This document shows, one piece after another, positions 1 through 33,612 of a stretch of DNA of 64,000 nucleotides. The translations under genes were made by a program, and so were the position numbers. Source of the stretch: Chrysomallon squamiferum (Eukaryota > Animalia > Mollusca). The stretch lies in assembly GCA_012295275.1 (NCBI GenBank), contig CM022673.1, forward strand, positions 30,133,427 through 30,197,426, given 5' to 3'. Below the pieces are notes generated by a model. That model searched no databases. It was not told where the DNA came from and saw nothing but the letters and a program-made list of their open reading frames with translations. Numbering within the stretch: position 1 is the first letter of the stretch; each line of letters starts with the position of its first letter.

Positions 1-578
1 ATTATGTCGATAGTAATATATGTTTCCTGTACTATAATATAGTTTGAACGATTTTTATATGTGAAGATACTAATATCTTATGTATAGCTACCATATAATA
101 TGCAGTTTGTGACTGTATATTTGTTTAACCAGCGTTCTTCAGACCAGCCATTGTCAACTTTTTGTTGGGGCAACACGGTCGTTTAAAAGCTCTTCTGTTT
201 CCATGGCCTCAAGCATACAACACAAACATACAGAAATAGAAATCTCCTCACGTTTTACAGTCTGTGGCCCCGTTCAAATTTGCCATAATTATAGTAATAT
301 TATTGTCTCCTTTGAGAATAGTTTCTTTCGATAGGTACATGATCAATTTTTGTTAGTTACAGCCCACTACACTTCCCCAATTTATCGTGAACAATGTTAT
401 GTTCTGTTTTGTTTTTGCGCATTGTAAAGCAGAAACATATAACCTATACATTCTGTAAGTTTATAAAACATTTCTTCATGTTCTTGTTTCATAAATGGTG
501 ATTTAAATTTAATTTTATTGTATGTTTTCATGTTTATATACCTTTTATCTGTCACGTTATTTTCTCATGTTATTTCAG

Positions 579-18950
<18,372 letters not shown>

Positions 18951-19458
18951 GTAGTCTTCATGGTTTCATTTCGGAAAAAAAAAGTCTGCCCGTCACGTGG
19001 CTACATTTTCTCTCGCGCGGAGTCAAGCATGCAACCTTGCACGTGCTTAGACGAGTCATGCACAGCATGCGCAAAGGATTTAAAATATCTGCACCATCTC
19101 TAGTCATAATAATACAGTTTCTTCTATGTGCTGAGGGAAATACATTTGCTTGTATAGTTTTGATTTGTAGATAAATGAAAAAGTATCTCGTTTGATTTTT
19201 TGCTCAAAATCTCAAATAGAAAATTCTCAAAAACAAACAGTGCAATATTAAACAAGAACCAAATGAACATGAATATAATTAAATCCAAACATATCTAAGA
19301 ATAACTCTTGTTTAAAAAATAAATAAGGTAAACTCGTAAAAAGAATTAGAGAATACGTTAACATTCGAGAATACGAAAACTAATTAACATGGATAGCAGC
19401 TTGAACGCTTTGTTTCTGCTAAAAATTGTACACGGCCTTTTTTTATGTTACATGCCAG

Positions 19459-19620
19459 ACCACTGGTTGTTACAGTCACATGTCCCCAGTTATAACCAAT
19501 CGAAATTGCTGAAAAGTGTTCTTGATTCTGGCGTCTCGTTGAATAGAACATTCACTGCTTTCTTCACCAGCTGTCCATGTCACTACATTCTGAGGCAAAC
19601 CAGTTCAAAACTTTTAACTG
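19459..19620 (+). CDS. Candidate GPCR C-terminal tail exon
   Basis: T-rich tract plus ccag acceptor and a strong g|gtgagt donor; 162 nt, open in phase 1, stop at 19512 in phase 0; no family motif to confirm it. Confidence 0.4.
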
Positions 19621-21810
19621 GTGAGTTGATTTTAGCTTTTGTCATATTTTCATTTCTAAAATAAATTTTAAAAAATACGTAAAATGCTATTTCAGTATTA
19701 TTATTTGATTGTTTATTTCATTGTTGTGTACTGCCATTTATATTCGTCCACTGGTAGAATAACTGCATGTGTATTTCTGTACATGATGTGAACATTTCCA
19801 TTATATTTTATTTTACGTTCTGTGATTATCATACATTTGCAAGTATATTATTAATATATGGAAATTTTATTGACAAAATGTATATTGATAAAATCATGAC
19901 TCTTGATTACTTGGCAACCTCATCAGTTCCTTTTAAGGAAACGCAATGAAAATAATCATAATATATATTTATATATATATACTGTCTTAGAGTATTGAAG
20001 CTAGTTTGCTGCTTATTTATACATAACTCGGGTTTCGATGTTTCTGATATTGTTAAAGTTATTTTTATAAGATAACTGACATAAAAATGTACACTTCCTA
20101 TTTATACAAACAGAAACTCACAGTCATGTGAAAAGAAAATAATAACTATGACATTAACATTAACATTAACAACAAAAACAACAACAACAACAGTAAATAA
20201 ATAAATGAATAGATAGATAGATAGATAGATAATATTATAAATTATTATTTATTAAATAACCTACATTAAGAGAATGAACCTAAAAGGAATATCTATCTTT
20301 AATTATGCAAATTATTAACTGACCACTCATTGTCAGTCTTACTATTTAATCAGCCAATCAACCGTGGATCATTTAGTTACCCTTCATGAGAACAGCTAAT
20401 TTATTAACATTACACTACAGAGATACGATTTTGGCCATGTCTTCATAACGACGGTGATTAACTAAACGAGTGAATAACAGATGATTTTTAAAAAACGAAC
20501 AAAAAAACAAAAACAAAACAACAACACCCAGCAACCTGTTTTTATTATCCTACTTTTAACAGTATGTCTTAAATTACTAACATACTGTTGCTATGTAATT
20601 TCTTAGGTAATAAAATAATATGTGATTTTTAAAGATACAATATGTCTTCAGGAACTAAAGAAAATGCTTTGTTCAGCACTCGCTTGCTTTCCAAGTACAC
20701 CGTTTCCTATTTCGTCATAACACTCAAGATGCACCTAACATCATGGACGAATATACATGGCACAACAATATTAATGTACATATTTTCTTTTTCTTTAATT
20801 GAATTTCAGATTAGATTGTTAAAATATTTTGGAAGAAGTTAATTTATAAATTTTTAAATGACAAAGCTTAAATCTTAACCAAAATCGTACCTCTGTAGGG
20901 ATTACTTGACGGGCTGAAAAGCGATTTAATGATATGTTTTATATTGAAAATGTAAATGAGACAGGGTGACTGATGTGTACGTGTTTATGCGTGTGTGTAC
21001 GTATGTGAATGCGTGCATAAACTTATTAAGAATTGGAGAGAGAGAAAAGTTCGATGACCACCAAAAAGGCCAAGCGCCAGTTGTATTGTATACAACGCCC
21101 ATTACTAAGCGTTAGCATCTAAGCTTTCGACCACGGCTTTACATAAAATTAATATTATTTTGTATTAGCATCAGTTTCTCCAACTCTAAAGTGTTTTGTA
21201 GCAATATCAAAACTTTAAATGCGGTATAATTGCATTACCTGTCGATCATCAAAACCGTTTACTTCTAAATTAATCAAGGTTTATGGAAAACAGTCATGAT
21301 ACAGATTACTAATTAGAGCTACGTTGGGCATGAATCGCGATTCCACAACAAAACATGGCGTTCTTATTGTTATGGATATTACGTTTTGAGGCGAAAAGAA
21401 TTTAATTAAAGATATAAAATAGACGAACCAGGCTGATGGTGAAGGAAGGTTTAACTAAACTTAGTTATAAAACAAAAGTTGTTTACTAACTACAAATTAT
21501 GTTTATTGAATTAAAATGAGAATGTATAAATTTGTGAATGGAACTATTAACGATTTGTTTCCACTTTGCTCTTCATGTTCATTTTTATCGGCGTAAATGG
21601 TCGAATTAAATTGTTATGAACAAAGTATCGATTTCTTTCTTTGCAAATATAGACGTACTGATGTTAGATGCGACAAAGTGCTATACGATAATACACAGTG
21701 CATTAATATGTCTCTCTTCCTGTCTCTTTCTCTCCGATTCTTGGTATATTTATTTATCTTCGTTTCTTCTATCCTGTTTATTTGCCTGTTTACCTACCTA
21801 CCTACCAACA

Positions 21811-22370
<560 letters not shown>

Positions 22371-25134
22371 TACCAGAGACCTACCTACTCTATGGCTGTT
22401 TGTCGTCTGTTTGTCTCTCTCTTTCGTTACATTTCCTTCTCCTTGAATACTGTCTGTTAAAATGTAGTTTTTGTTTGTTCCATTTTTTTAGTTTTTCATT
22501 TTTTCTTCCTTCCTTTGTCTGTCTATTTTACTTCTTATCTTTCTTTTTATAACCGAACCAATTTCAGACTTCCAGTTACTATAAAAGAATATTAGCTCAA
22601 GAAGATTTTGTAGCTGGATGCAATTGAAAATTATTGCCGACATTCCTGGCTTATTTCTCCAGCTGAACTAAACTGTCATGGAAAATGACTTACAGCTAAT
22701 CTTCCTAAAACTGGAACTGCATCACTTTGAAAGAACATGTTAAACAAATTGTATCAAACTCAACGAGGTGCAAGTTGAGCTGGAGATGTAATGTTCTAAA
22801 TCAGCTTTTTGATTGACATTTTCAACGAGAAATATCCCATATCAGTGTCGAAATGCTTACAAAGGAAAATTAGCGGCGAATGTTATTCGATCTAAAAATA
22901 CAGCTTTACAAAACCACATTTCAGAAGTTCCATCAACAACACAGACACGTGTGACTTTGTAACAGTCGGCTGCCGTTGAATTTGTTAAGTTGACATGTTT
23001 GATAACAATTGTTGTAAAAAAGAATGTAATATTCTAGACACGTGACCACTGATACCAGTATTATAGAATTCAGAGTAAAAATAAAATGTATAATGCAACC
23101 AGTTTGTTATCGTTAACATTCTAGCTTGGTATGTTTGTTACCTCTCAAAAAAATTTAACTGATTAAAACAGGTGTTAATTCAGTTAATCCAGATGGTCTG
23201 GTGACTAAGCAACTCATTCAAGTAAGAAATAAAATAATAATAATTTAATTATAAAATCTATTCACTTTGCATAACAAAACTGGTTAATACTGTTTAGCAA
23301 AAATAATTAAAATGACATCTTAAATATTAAATGAATACTGCATGGAAAGTTCAGTCACATATTACTGCTTCTGAGAAAGTTATTGACAAAATAAACTTTA
23401 ATGGAGCTTTGGGCCTTGCTAAACCAGATCTTCTACCTCAAAAGCCAAGTGACAGTGGCAAGTGACAATATTAAGACGATAATTTTCTGGTGTGCTGGAG
23501 CTGCCTGGATGAGCTGTTTATAGGTTTATTTATGAACTCTGCAGTAAATAATGGTTAAGTTTACAGGAACATTTAACTGTAATACTGCATCAGATAATCA
23601 GAGACCGTTTAACTTTAAGGTCAAGTATCATTGGACTAATACTAACACCATAAGGAGCATCGAATCATCGAACTAAATGACAATTACTTTGCTTATGTTA
23701 ATTGCTAACTTAATTTCTATTGTAAATACAATGTTACTGTATTGGATTGAGAAAAATAATAATAAAGAGTATTTCCTTATTAACTAGGTATGTAACTTTT
23801 CACAGTGTAGGGGCACTGAGGGTAGACATATTAGGATGTAATGCCGATCGATGCATTTCTTAATAATGAGACATTTGGACTTTAAGAATATATTTATCAA
23901 GAATGTGCCCATTTTAAAGCTACTGTAGGGTGCCTATGATCCAGTTTAACTAGGTTGTGTCGAAGAATATTATATTAATCTGGAAGTATGTAACTGACTT
24001 TTAAAGGTTTCATTGAGAAAAATAACCTTCAAAATACAATAGGTAAGAATTACAAGAATGGCTGAAATAAAATAATAATTTAGGCCATTTGCTTCTTGAA
24101 GTCCCTATATTACAATATACAATTATTGATCAACGAAGATTAGCTTAAAAGTGATGATAAACATAACTCAATATTTGTTTGCCATTTTACGATACACGAC
24201 ACGTCTTGTATGAGCTTCGGAATTTATTCAGTCGGGAAATAAAACATTCAATGTTGTTGCCTTAATTCTTTCTTTCTATCTTCCAGACCCTATATTCTGC
24301 CAACACGTTGCCTATTTTCACTTATGACGTTATCAGTGAAATGTGAAATTAAATTATTATGTCTTTCTCAAAATAGTTATTTCTGTAGCATTTATATAAT
24401 ATATTAATACTGTCAAAATAACAGATTTATTTCGTAAAGAGTCGCTTAACGCTGACTGCAGTCATAATTCATTCTGACAGTGATAATGGATCCGATGAAT
24501 ACTAATTGTTTTAACTGATTTTACATTATTACCGAACATTACAGAACGACTGTCATGTTACCGGACGACTTTAGAGTAGTATTAACACATAACTACATAT
24601 ATGTATATATAATAAAATATCCCATGTAATATGACTTACTAGCTAACTAATTAATGACAACAAGAACAATAATAATAATAACAAACAAAATAAATAAATA
24701 AATAAATAAAAGTAAATTTATAACAAAAGAATGTTTAGGTTTGATACATTATTGTTTGCAAAAAATGGTGTATTCATCTTTTCTGTCTTTTTTTTTATCT
24801 TCTAATTCTGTTATCATTTAAAATTATTTGATTATAAATCATTTTGACAGTTTAGTTGCAAAGAAATACGCAAAAATGCTGACTCGTAAACGGCTTAATA
24901 GCTAATATTGCCACATTCATTATGGTGCTATGACGAAAGATAATGTTATAAACATTGCAGTGAGACTCAAGAATTTGATTATTCCTCACTAAACAATTGT
25001 ACAAAAACAAGTGCCGTTGTTCTGAAATGAAACAAAGCATAATGAATTATGCCACAGTGCCTTTTTGCATATGTTGGTATATATATGAACTGGTATATAA
25101 TTACTTATAATTATATTTTTTCTACCTGCAGACT

Positions 25135-25165
<31 letters not shown>

Positions 25166-25623
25166 ATTCCAATAAGTCATTTACTTTAAACAAAGGTATC
25201 AGATTTGAAATTTTCTTTTTCTGTAGTATTGCAACCTATTCAGTCATACGACCATTTATTAGATAGTTTGTTCATTATTATCCATCCATATCTATCAATT
25301 AATCCGGTTTTGTTCTGTACAGAAATACGCCAGTCCCTGACATTTCTTTAGTGCAAATTATCACATTCTTATTACTAGCATAGAATACTGATTCAGTGCT
25401 AGACTAAAAGGTGCTTAAAGCATTTATGAAAATATTACACCAGCAATACTTTACATTATTCTATGAGTAATGTGTTTTGGTTTACTTTTGTATATTTGTA
25501 GTTGTTCTCTTTTAGCATACATTTGTATGTATATGACTTTGTATATGTCTTTGTAATGTATGCTTCACTTCTATTTGATGTATTTCCATTTTTTTCAACA
25601 TTTATGTTTTGTTACTTTTACAG

Positions 25624-25694
25624 AGCATCTCGACGCCATCAACCAACAAAGCTCAGATTTTCAAAACGAGTCTCCAACTCTGACAGCTCACTGA
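25624..25694 (+). CDS. Candidate GPCR terminal exon (phase 1: EHLDAINQQSSDFQNESPTLTAH*; phase 0: SISTPSTNKAQIFKTSLQL*)
   Basis: Strong acceptor tttgttacttttacag followed by a shift to coding-like base composition; unconfirmed. Confidence 0.3.
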
Positions 25695-27738
25695 TAACTT
25701 CAGCAACACCTTCACTGACAGTTCATGGTTTTGCTGTCAGGAAAAATTGTCCTTTGTGTTACCTATAGAAATTAGTTTTCTCTTAAAGGATTCCAAATGC
25801 GGAAAGCAATCAAATGCCATTTAGTCTGCTCTGAAATTTGAAAATTAGTATATTTATTATTGTTATTTTTTTAATATATATATTTTGTTATAATTATTGT
25901 TATTTATTTGTTTTCATAACAGAAATAGTGAACTGTGATTATATCTACATGATGATACAGTCATTAATTTTGTGAACTGTTATGTTTTGTTAAATTCTGT
26001 TTGATATTGTATAGTGAAATACAATGTACTTATTTATGTGTTTGTTATTTTTTCTTGTTCCACAGATGTTGATTTATGTTGAATAATTATTTTGATATGT
26101 TGTATTAGGAGAAAATCACACTGTTAGACAATATCTGACCTGAACATCTAATGCAAATATACTCATATTATAATATAATATAATATTATACAATACAATA
26201 CAATATAAAAATTAAATGATGTTAACAGAATTATTAAAAATCACATTCAAAACAATTATTTTCGGACGAATTAAAAAGTTCCGAATTTGCATAGACGGAA
26301 GCAAAAAGATTTGTATTAAGTTAAAACCATAACAGAGTTTGTGAAGTGATATATATGAAAAGTATTTATTTACTGGAATAAACGCAACAAACATAGCGGT
26401 ATATTTATATAATAAGTGGAAAAATAATACTTTAATGAAAAATAGAAACACGCACTCGTGATTCCATGAACGAACAGCAGATGACAATAAGCCAAATGCT
26501 GCTCAGAAATAACCCTACAAGTGAATTTGAAAAATAATATAAATCGATACAATCGGAAGAAATAGTTCATCATATGTGACAAGACTTATTAGAAATCGTG
26601 ATGTTATTTTTAGACAAGTGAACAGAGACAAGATAATATAGATAAGATAAATGGGTTATATATAAAGAATATTATCAATGATCAGTCATACATCACTCAA
26701 CTTCACGTCAATCTGGTATTTGACAGGAGACGGAAAGGAAGTGTAAGGGATTCGCAAAGCAATATTAAAAACCAAAATATGCGAAAACGATTAAAAAACA
26801 TTACTATATATACAACTATAGAACATCAATTCGTAAATTTCTGTCCGTGTAATTTTCAAACTCCATATGTAACATCATCATTTCATTAAGAAATTACACG
26901 TCAAACTATCAATAGTTCAACGATTATTGTACAGGCAACAGTCAGCTATCCATGAAACTGTGCTCATAATGTTTGCTATTAAGTTATAAACTGATAAAAC
27001 TTTGAAGACATCAGCAGCTTGTGATCGTGAAGCATTGTCAATATGAGCAGGCAACAGGTTTTAAAAATATTACAACTGTAAACTGCCAGAACTTTTCTCT
27101 GTATGAAGCTACCGATGATTTATGACGTACCTATAATTCTGTAATATGAGAAACTTTACATATGCTGTTAAATAGGATTTTCTTCTCTTAAAACTAGCAG
27201 ACTTCTTCGTTGCTGATATTAATATCACATCGTACAAATAATATCCTTTAAAAGAATGCTTTGGCTTGTTATGGACAATTGGTCATTGATTTTATTTTTC
27301 TGAAACTTTGCAGTATTACCTGGTTATATTTGGGAAAGCAGTCTTACCTATTCACATGCAGATTTTACTAGAATGAGCAGGATATCCTGACTGTTTAAGA
27401 GAATTATAACCAGTCAAATTGATTTCTTGAAATAGGCAGTTTAAATCAAACATATATTGATAGGACGGGGTAAGCCGTTGAGCCATCCCTGCTTAAAGCT
27501 TTCAGGACTGATATACCTGAAGGATGAGCCATTTGTTGATATAGAAAACATAAGTTTTTTTCTTTAGAAAAAGCTGTTCTGAACCAAGGTCAGTGTGGAA
27601 CTCAACCAAACAGGTATGTAAATTTCAATGTAACAGATGTTCCTTTGTGGAAATGCAGTTAATACTGGTACAGATAGGTATTATTGTCGCCTGTTTTCTT
27701 TATACTGAATTAATTGGTTACAATAATCTACTAAACCC

Positions 27739-27843
27739 AGCATATAGGCATGTAGTGTAAGCATATAGGCATGTAGTGTAAGCATATAGGCATGTAGTGT
27801 AAGCATATAGGCATATAGTGTAAGCATATAGGCATGTCGTGCA
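27739..27843. repeat. Minisatellite, 21-bp unit x5
   Basis: agcatataggcatgtagtgta repeated directly. Confidence 0.95.
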
Positions 27844-29550
27844 ATTGATTATGGGACAAATTGTGCCAAGGCTCAGTTTACCATGCTCTTTTTAATTATT
27901 TTTTTTGGTGAAAAATAATTTAGGAATACTTTATAGCATTTGTTTGATTGTTTGTTTAATATTGATTTAATTACTTAGATTAAATTAATATTGGTCACGA
28001 CAAAATGTATTTTGTTTGATTATGCATATGACGAAGCCAAAGGACTACGCATAGTAAAGGTCAACTTGAAGATTAACGCAGATGTCACATTTATTTCAAA
28101 AGCTGTTGGGGGAATGAACATGAAGATCTTGCCAGTTTGTGTGCCGATGTACAGTGACAAATGGATGGTTGTCTAGAGGCTGATCTATTTAGAACACATG
28201 CTGCTAAGATATTAAGCCGATGAAGTCCCACGTCAATCATAAGTGCAGTGATATAGATTGCTACTCTGCATTGATCTTGGAGTCTTAGATTTCTGTTTCC
28301 TTTTTGTAACCGTATCTGTGACAATCGTTCATCACTACTGAATACGAAAGGTTATCCTTGTTTTGCACTCATTTATTACGTATGTATGTCGTGATCAAGA
28401 TTCCGTCCATGAAGCGTTCGATGATCTAAAAGGTTTGCCTGATGCTACCAAACGCCCACCTCCAAAATGTGAACATTTTTTGTTTTACAGTGCTAAAATA
28501 AAAATGTTCTAATTTATTAGTTAAAACAGACCACAGCTAATAGTTACATTTTCATTTGAAATTAATCATATGCGCAGAGAATGACACAAACAAAAATACT
28601 TGATCTGGTTGAGTTAAAATAAAATGTGTTTTTGGAAATGACTGATCAAATTATGAAAAACAGGAAAAACTGGTCGAGTGGTGATTTCCTAGAACTTGTA
28701 AAACCCTGAATGTGGTTGCTTAGTTTTCAATTAAATACGGTTAATGTACACTGATCTCACGTTATCGTTATTTTTTTTTTAAAAGCAAACTTTTCATTTT
28801 AGCTTTTTTTAAAGCACGAATATGTCAAGTATTAAGTGTGTCGTTTTAGGAAAACCGTAATACGTTTTCTACAAACTTAACTGACAGATTTTTCTTCTAA
28901 AAGTAAGTAAGTAAAGTACTGTTTTCTCTACTGTTTATTTTCTACTACACTTATTAATTATTTTTTCCCCTTACTTATTTTTCTTCTATATTCATAAATT
29001 CTTTAAATTATTCAGCCCTTTTTAAAAAGGTCTTACAATATTAAAGAAATATATATTTTCCCCATTTCTTTTCCTCCTCCTTTCTTGTTTATTCTTTGTT
29101 CATATATAATTTAATTAATTCTCTCTTATTGTAATTCAAACTTAATACTTGATATTTTTGAAATATAGTTATACATTTCAAATCATTGAGTGTTTTTTTC
29201 TTCTTTTTTTTTTGTTGTGCTGCAATTCATTCTTTCTGTAATTAATTTTATAATCATTTTTTTTTATAGATAATATTGCTACTGATTTTTGTTTCATTGA
29301 TTCTTTTTTCTCCTTTCGGGTCTTCATTTTTGTTGTCCATTAATTCATTCTTTGTTTCCTTCTTTCTTTCTTTGTTTCCATAACCCATATTTAAATATAA
29401 TTTTCCAAGCAGCAGCTAATGAGTCTAACTATATGAAAGCCTTTACGTTTATTTGTTTATTGTAATTTATTTACTAAATAATAATTAATAATATTTATTT
29501 ACTAATTATAGTTGCTATTATTGCTGTTGTTGTTGTTGTTGTTATTATTA

Positions 29551-29581
<31 letters not shown>

Positions 29582-30879
29582 AAAAATAGCTATAGTAGCT
29601 AGACTATGTACGTGTGTATGTAGGTATGAATGTTACATATGTATGTATCTACTACTTATATAGTGAATATAAACTAATGTGGATCAGTTTTTGTTCAGAG
29701 ATGGTAATAACTTAGAAAGAATCAGCCCTTGAATGAGGCTTCTGTCTGGGCTTCAACATATAGAGATTTCCTATTATAGGAAAAAAAGCTATTGTTGAAA
29801 AGAGAATTAACTTCTGATGAGGTTTCAGTTATAGCTGATCGTGCTAACAAACCGAGCGATAGCTTTAAAAGTTTCAGGTTTTTGATAAAAAGTTAAATGG
29901 CGTCATCAGGGAATAGTAACAAATATTCATAATGAAGTGTAGTCACTCTCTGCCACAGTGTTCAACGTTAGTTTTTTATATAAGAAAAAACCCAGGCAAT
30001 ATGTGGATTCCTAAATAGTTTAGGCAATTTACTCATTGCCTGACTTTTCAAGGTAATTTCTGGAATGAAATATCCGCAATTCATTGATAGTAACTTTAGA
30101 AAAGATAAAGCCAACTAATGAAAAGAAAAAACCAAACAGCATGAACAAACAAAAAAGAAAAACAACAAAAAACAAATATTATTTAATTATTTCATTTATT
30201 TCAAAGACAAATCTGAACAAGACTCAGACGAATGGTGTCTCTTCGCTAAAACCCTAGGCATGAAGGATTTTAATCATCGACATCAGGATAATTAGAAACT
30301 GTATAATAGTCTCTGTATTATTATTAGTAGTAGTATTTGTATTATTATTATTATCAGTGCTAGTAGTAATAATAGTAGATATAGCAGTATCAGTTGGTTT
30401 CTTTATCTGTATATATCTGTCAGTGTTTGTGCGCTCTTTGGAGTGATCTGTTCAGGCCAAAATGTGAAATCTTGTTCACAGTACTGTAAATGGTGGTCAA
30501 CAGAATATCTTAATTTCTTTCTTTCCATTGTTTTGTTTTTTTGACCCTGAAATTATTGCCATCATCATCAAGCGGAAAATATTTTTTGGGGTATGATTCG
30601 TCTGACATTTTCACTGTCACCTTTACTCATATTCACCCCAAAATTGGACATGTGCCAAAGTTTTAAACATTTAAAAAACAAAAACAAGACAACGATAACA
30701 ACAAACAAACTAACAAAAAAAACAACAACACAAATAATCATTTATTTTAATTAAACGTTTTTATTTATTGACAACTAAAGTTTAATAATCGATGGATTAT
30801 TATGAATATCATTAATTCCCATCCTACTAGAAAGAATCTTCACCTTGTTCCATGTTTACTTAATAGCTGGAAATAATGA

Positions 30880-31260
30880 ACTGTTGTTTCTGAAAGTTCT
30901 TGAACTCAATTTGGACGACAGTGCCCCACAAATTCTCTGTATGATTCAATTGGGAACAGCTCATTCGATAGGTATGCTATGAAATGTGCTCATCACAGGC
31001 TCTACTAGAGCCAAGTCAGCCAGATTTGTTGCCAGTTCATCCTGATCACATCTTGCTGCTTCAGAAAGTCCGATGTCATCACACTTGAAGAGTGTGTACA
31101 TATATGGCCCTTCTATAACACGGTAGGAGTTTTGTTCGAACAACCAGGCGACGGCAGCGCAATATTTCTTTCGTATATTGCCATCCTGAAGTCAAGCAAG
31201 AACCCTTTCACGATCTTCATAGCAGCTTCATCGAAGTTAGAGTAGGTTCCATAAGATTCA
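30880..31260 (-). mobile_element. Degenerate Tc1/mariner-like transposase remnant
   Basis: Minus-strand CSQLNHTENLWG (about 30923-30958) resembles Tc1 SPDLNPIENLW; RERVLA*LQDG (about 31180-31213) resembles the Tc1 N-terminal HTH; stops and frameshifts present. Confidence 0.5.
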
Positions 31261-31660
31261 TGCTTCATCCATCTACAGGGAAATTATGCGTGCTTCACAC
31301 GAAGTGCATGCGCAAAGCGTACAAACGATTTGTGATAAAACAACTAATACACACGGGAAGAATTTTCCGTTGGTCCACTTCTGACGATTAAAACTCAACA
31401 ATATGAAGAAAACCTGACTCAAATTCATTACTGGTTTGATTAGAAGCAGTCTGGAACATTTTTTTTCAAATTCTGTATCTCGTGTGGCATTAACTCTACA
31501 ATTTATAGAAATGTTTAGATGATGCGTAATTATATTCTGACTTCCATAAGTATTTCCATTAGCGTAGCCAAATTCTGGAAATACCAGCAGTCTAGTTATT
31601 AGCGTTACGAATGATTAATTTTGTCTGAATGACTAATTTATTTATTTGTTTGTTTGTTTG

Positions 31661-31729
<69 letters not shown>

Positions 31730-32339
31730 GTATTGATGTGTTGATTTAGTGATTGTGATGGATGTTAATGCGAATGGTGGGTCAACCGATAATCCCAACT
31801 TCTTTCTTTCTGATTCTATTTCGTTGTCTTAAAGTTACGGCCTTCGTCATAAAGTACGATAATCCTGTTTCTGCAGGAGGATGACAACTGATTACTTCCC
31901 TTAGACCCAAAAATATGTACATTAGTCTTTGCTTCGAAGTAGAAAAGAAATCAACTTATTAACCTATATTAATAAGAACATCATCGGAAAGAATCTTTAA
32001 CTATTTTGAATATCTAAAACAGTTGAGGAATTTTTTTTAGGAATTTTGTTTGAAAAATTAAGCCGAGACCTAATCCTAAAAATAAGCCGTAATGTATTTT
32101 GCAAGTTAGTAAATGATATTTGTTTAACAAGTTGAAAAAAAAATTACCACTTCCGATGTTTTTTTCAAAATCAGAAAAAAGGAAAGTGATATGACCGTAG
32201 ATACTTTTAAAATAGAAGTATTCTAAAATTTGATTTATGGGGGATTGTGGTTTTATCATGTTCTGCTTGACACAGATAAACAAACGTTTCCTATTAATAA
32301 CGTTTTCGAAATGAAAACGTATTCTGCTCTTTATTTCAG

Positions 32340-32429
32340 TGCAAATTGGAAAGCTTGTATTTTCTGAAGTCAGAATATTTTCCCGATGCCAGCGAACTTC
32401 CAGTTCAAGTTTTCTGAGACTGACTACAG
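32340..32429 (+). pseudogene. Hog gene exon 4 fragment (third copy), interrupted by a MULE element
   Basis: tttcag acceptor then QIGKLVFSEVRIFSRCQRTSSSSFLRLTT; shares gtattttctgaagtca with the other two copies; homology stops at the transposon terminus. Confidence 0.85.
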
Positions 32430-33612
32430 TTGGGGTAACATTTGGGGTAACATTTGCCCCCGGACAACTATCCCCTGGACCACTGCTCCCCCCAGGACAG
32501 TTGCCACCATTTTTTCTTCCAGTAATGATTTCAAGCATAATGACATATATACATGTATTAGGACAAGTTCTTTAATACTTCAAAAATAATAGACCACAAT
32601 TAAAATGAATTTCAGAGTAGTCTGTCCATAGTTCTCTAGTAAAGCTTTGTATAGCAACAGTTCATTCAAAAGTACAGGTTCAACTATAACCTTGTGTGCT
32701 AAGGCACTTCTTACAAGAGTTCAATGACACTTTTCAGTTTTCACACTTTTATGTTGTGTGCTGTTCCTCTCAAATAGTCCAGGACCTGTCGGTTTTCATA
32801 CTGTCTGACCAGCCTCAACAAACGCAGTGATGCTTCTTGGTATTTTCGATGAAGTGGCTGAGATGCTTCCCCACCAGTCGTATGGTTTATTTTTAGTTCA
32901 TTCGTGCTTGTTCACGCTTTAAAATACATTCCAGAAAATTAGATGTAGACACCATTGTTTGATCGGAAGCAACGGTGCCACCCTTCCACGAAGTTGTTAT
33001 TCTGCATCAAATTCTATTCCAACCCCTGGTGCATGTTCCACAAGCATCCAGTCACAGTACAGTTTAGCTTTACAGATATGTTGCCTTCTTCCTTCACACT
33101 CATAAGAAATCACTCCATCACTGAGTTTCTTCTGTCGGACATACGCATAGATTTTATGGCAAGTTTTGGATGACCTCACTCTGACGCAGTGGACTTCATC
33201 TTATAGAATATAATATGTTTGCTATAAGGCATGACCTAATATACTGTTTCATTCATTTCAATTATACTTACCTGCCAAATCAAAGGAAGCTTTATCATTT
33301 AATTAAGCTGAATTAGTAATTGGCTGACTCTAGTGAGCTTTGATGTTAGATGATATTGTAGAAGATGTTTTAGCAGATGAAAGTAAGCCAAATGCCTTTA
33401 CTCAAGTTTAATTATTAATTAGCTGACTCTAGTCAGCTTTGACCAGTTTACTGGAGTTAGTAATATAAATTCCTTTAACAAAGTTTAATGTAACACATTT
33501 TGACTAATTTATTGGAACGTTGCTTGAAAATCATTCTGAATGGTATATTTGAAGAAAAATCGAGGGGCAGTTGTTCGGGGAGCATTGTCCGGGGGGCAAC
33601 TGTCCTGATCCC
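32430..33612 (-). mobile_element. Internally deleted MULE (Mutator-like) DNA transposon remnant with imperfect terminal inverted repeats
   Basis: The minus strand encodes FLYWCH-like YAYVRQKKLSDGVISYECEGRRQHICKAKL, close to the C-terminal MULE motifs NNNFVEGWHR and FLECILKREQ. The GC-rich ends (gcccccggacaact... at about 32456 and ...ttgtccggggggcaactgtcctgatccc to 33612) are inverted relatives. Confidence 0.8.
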
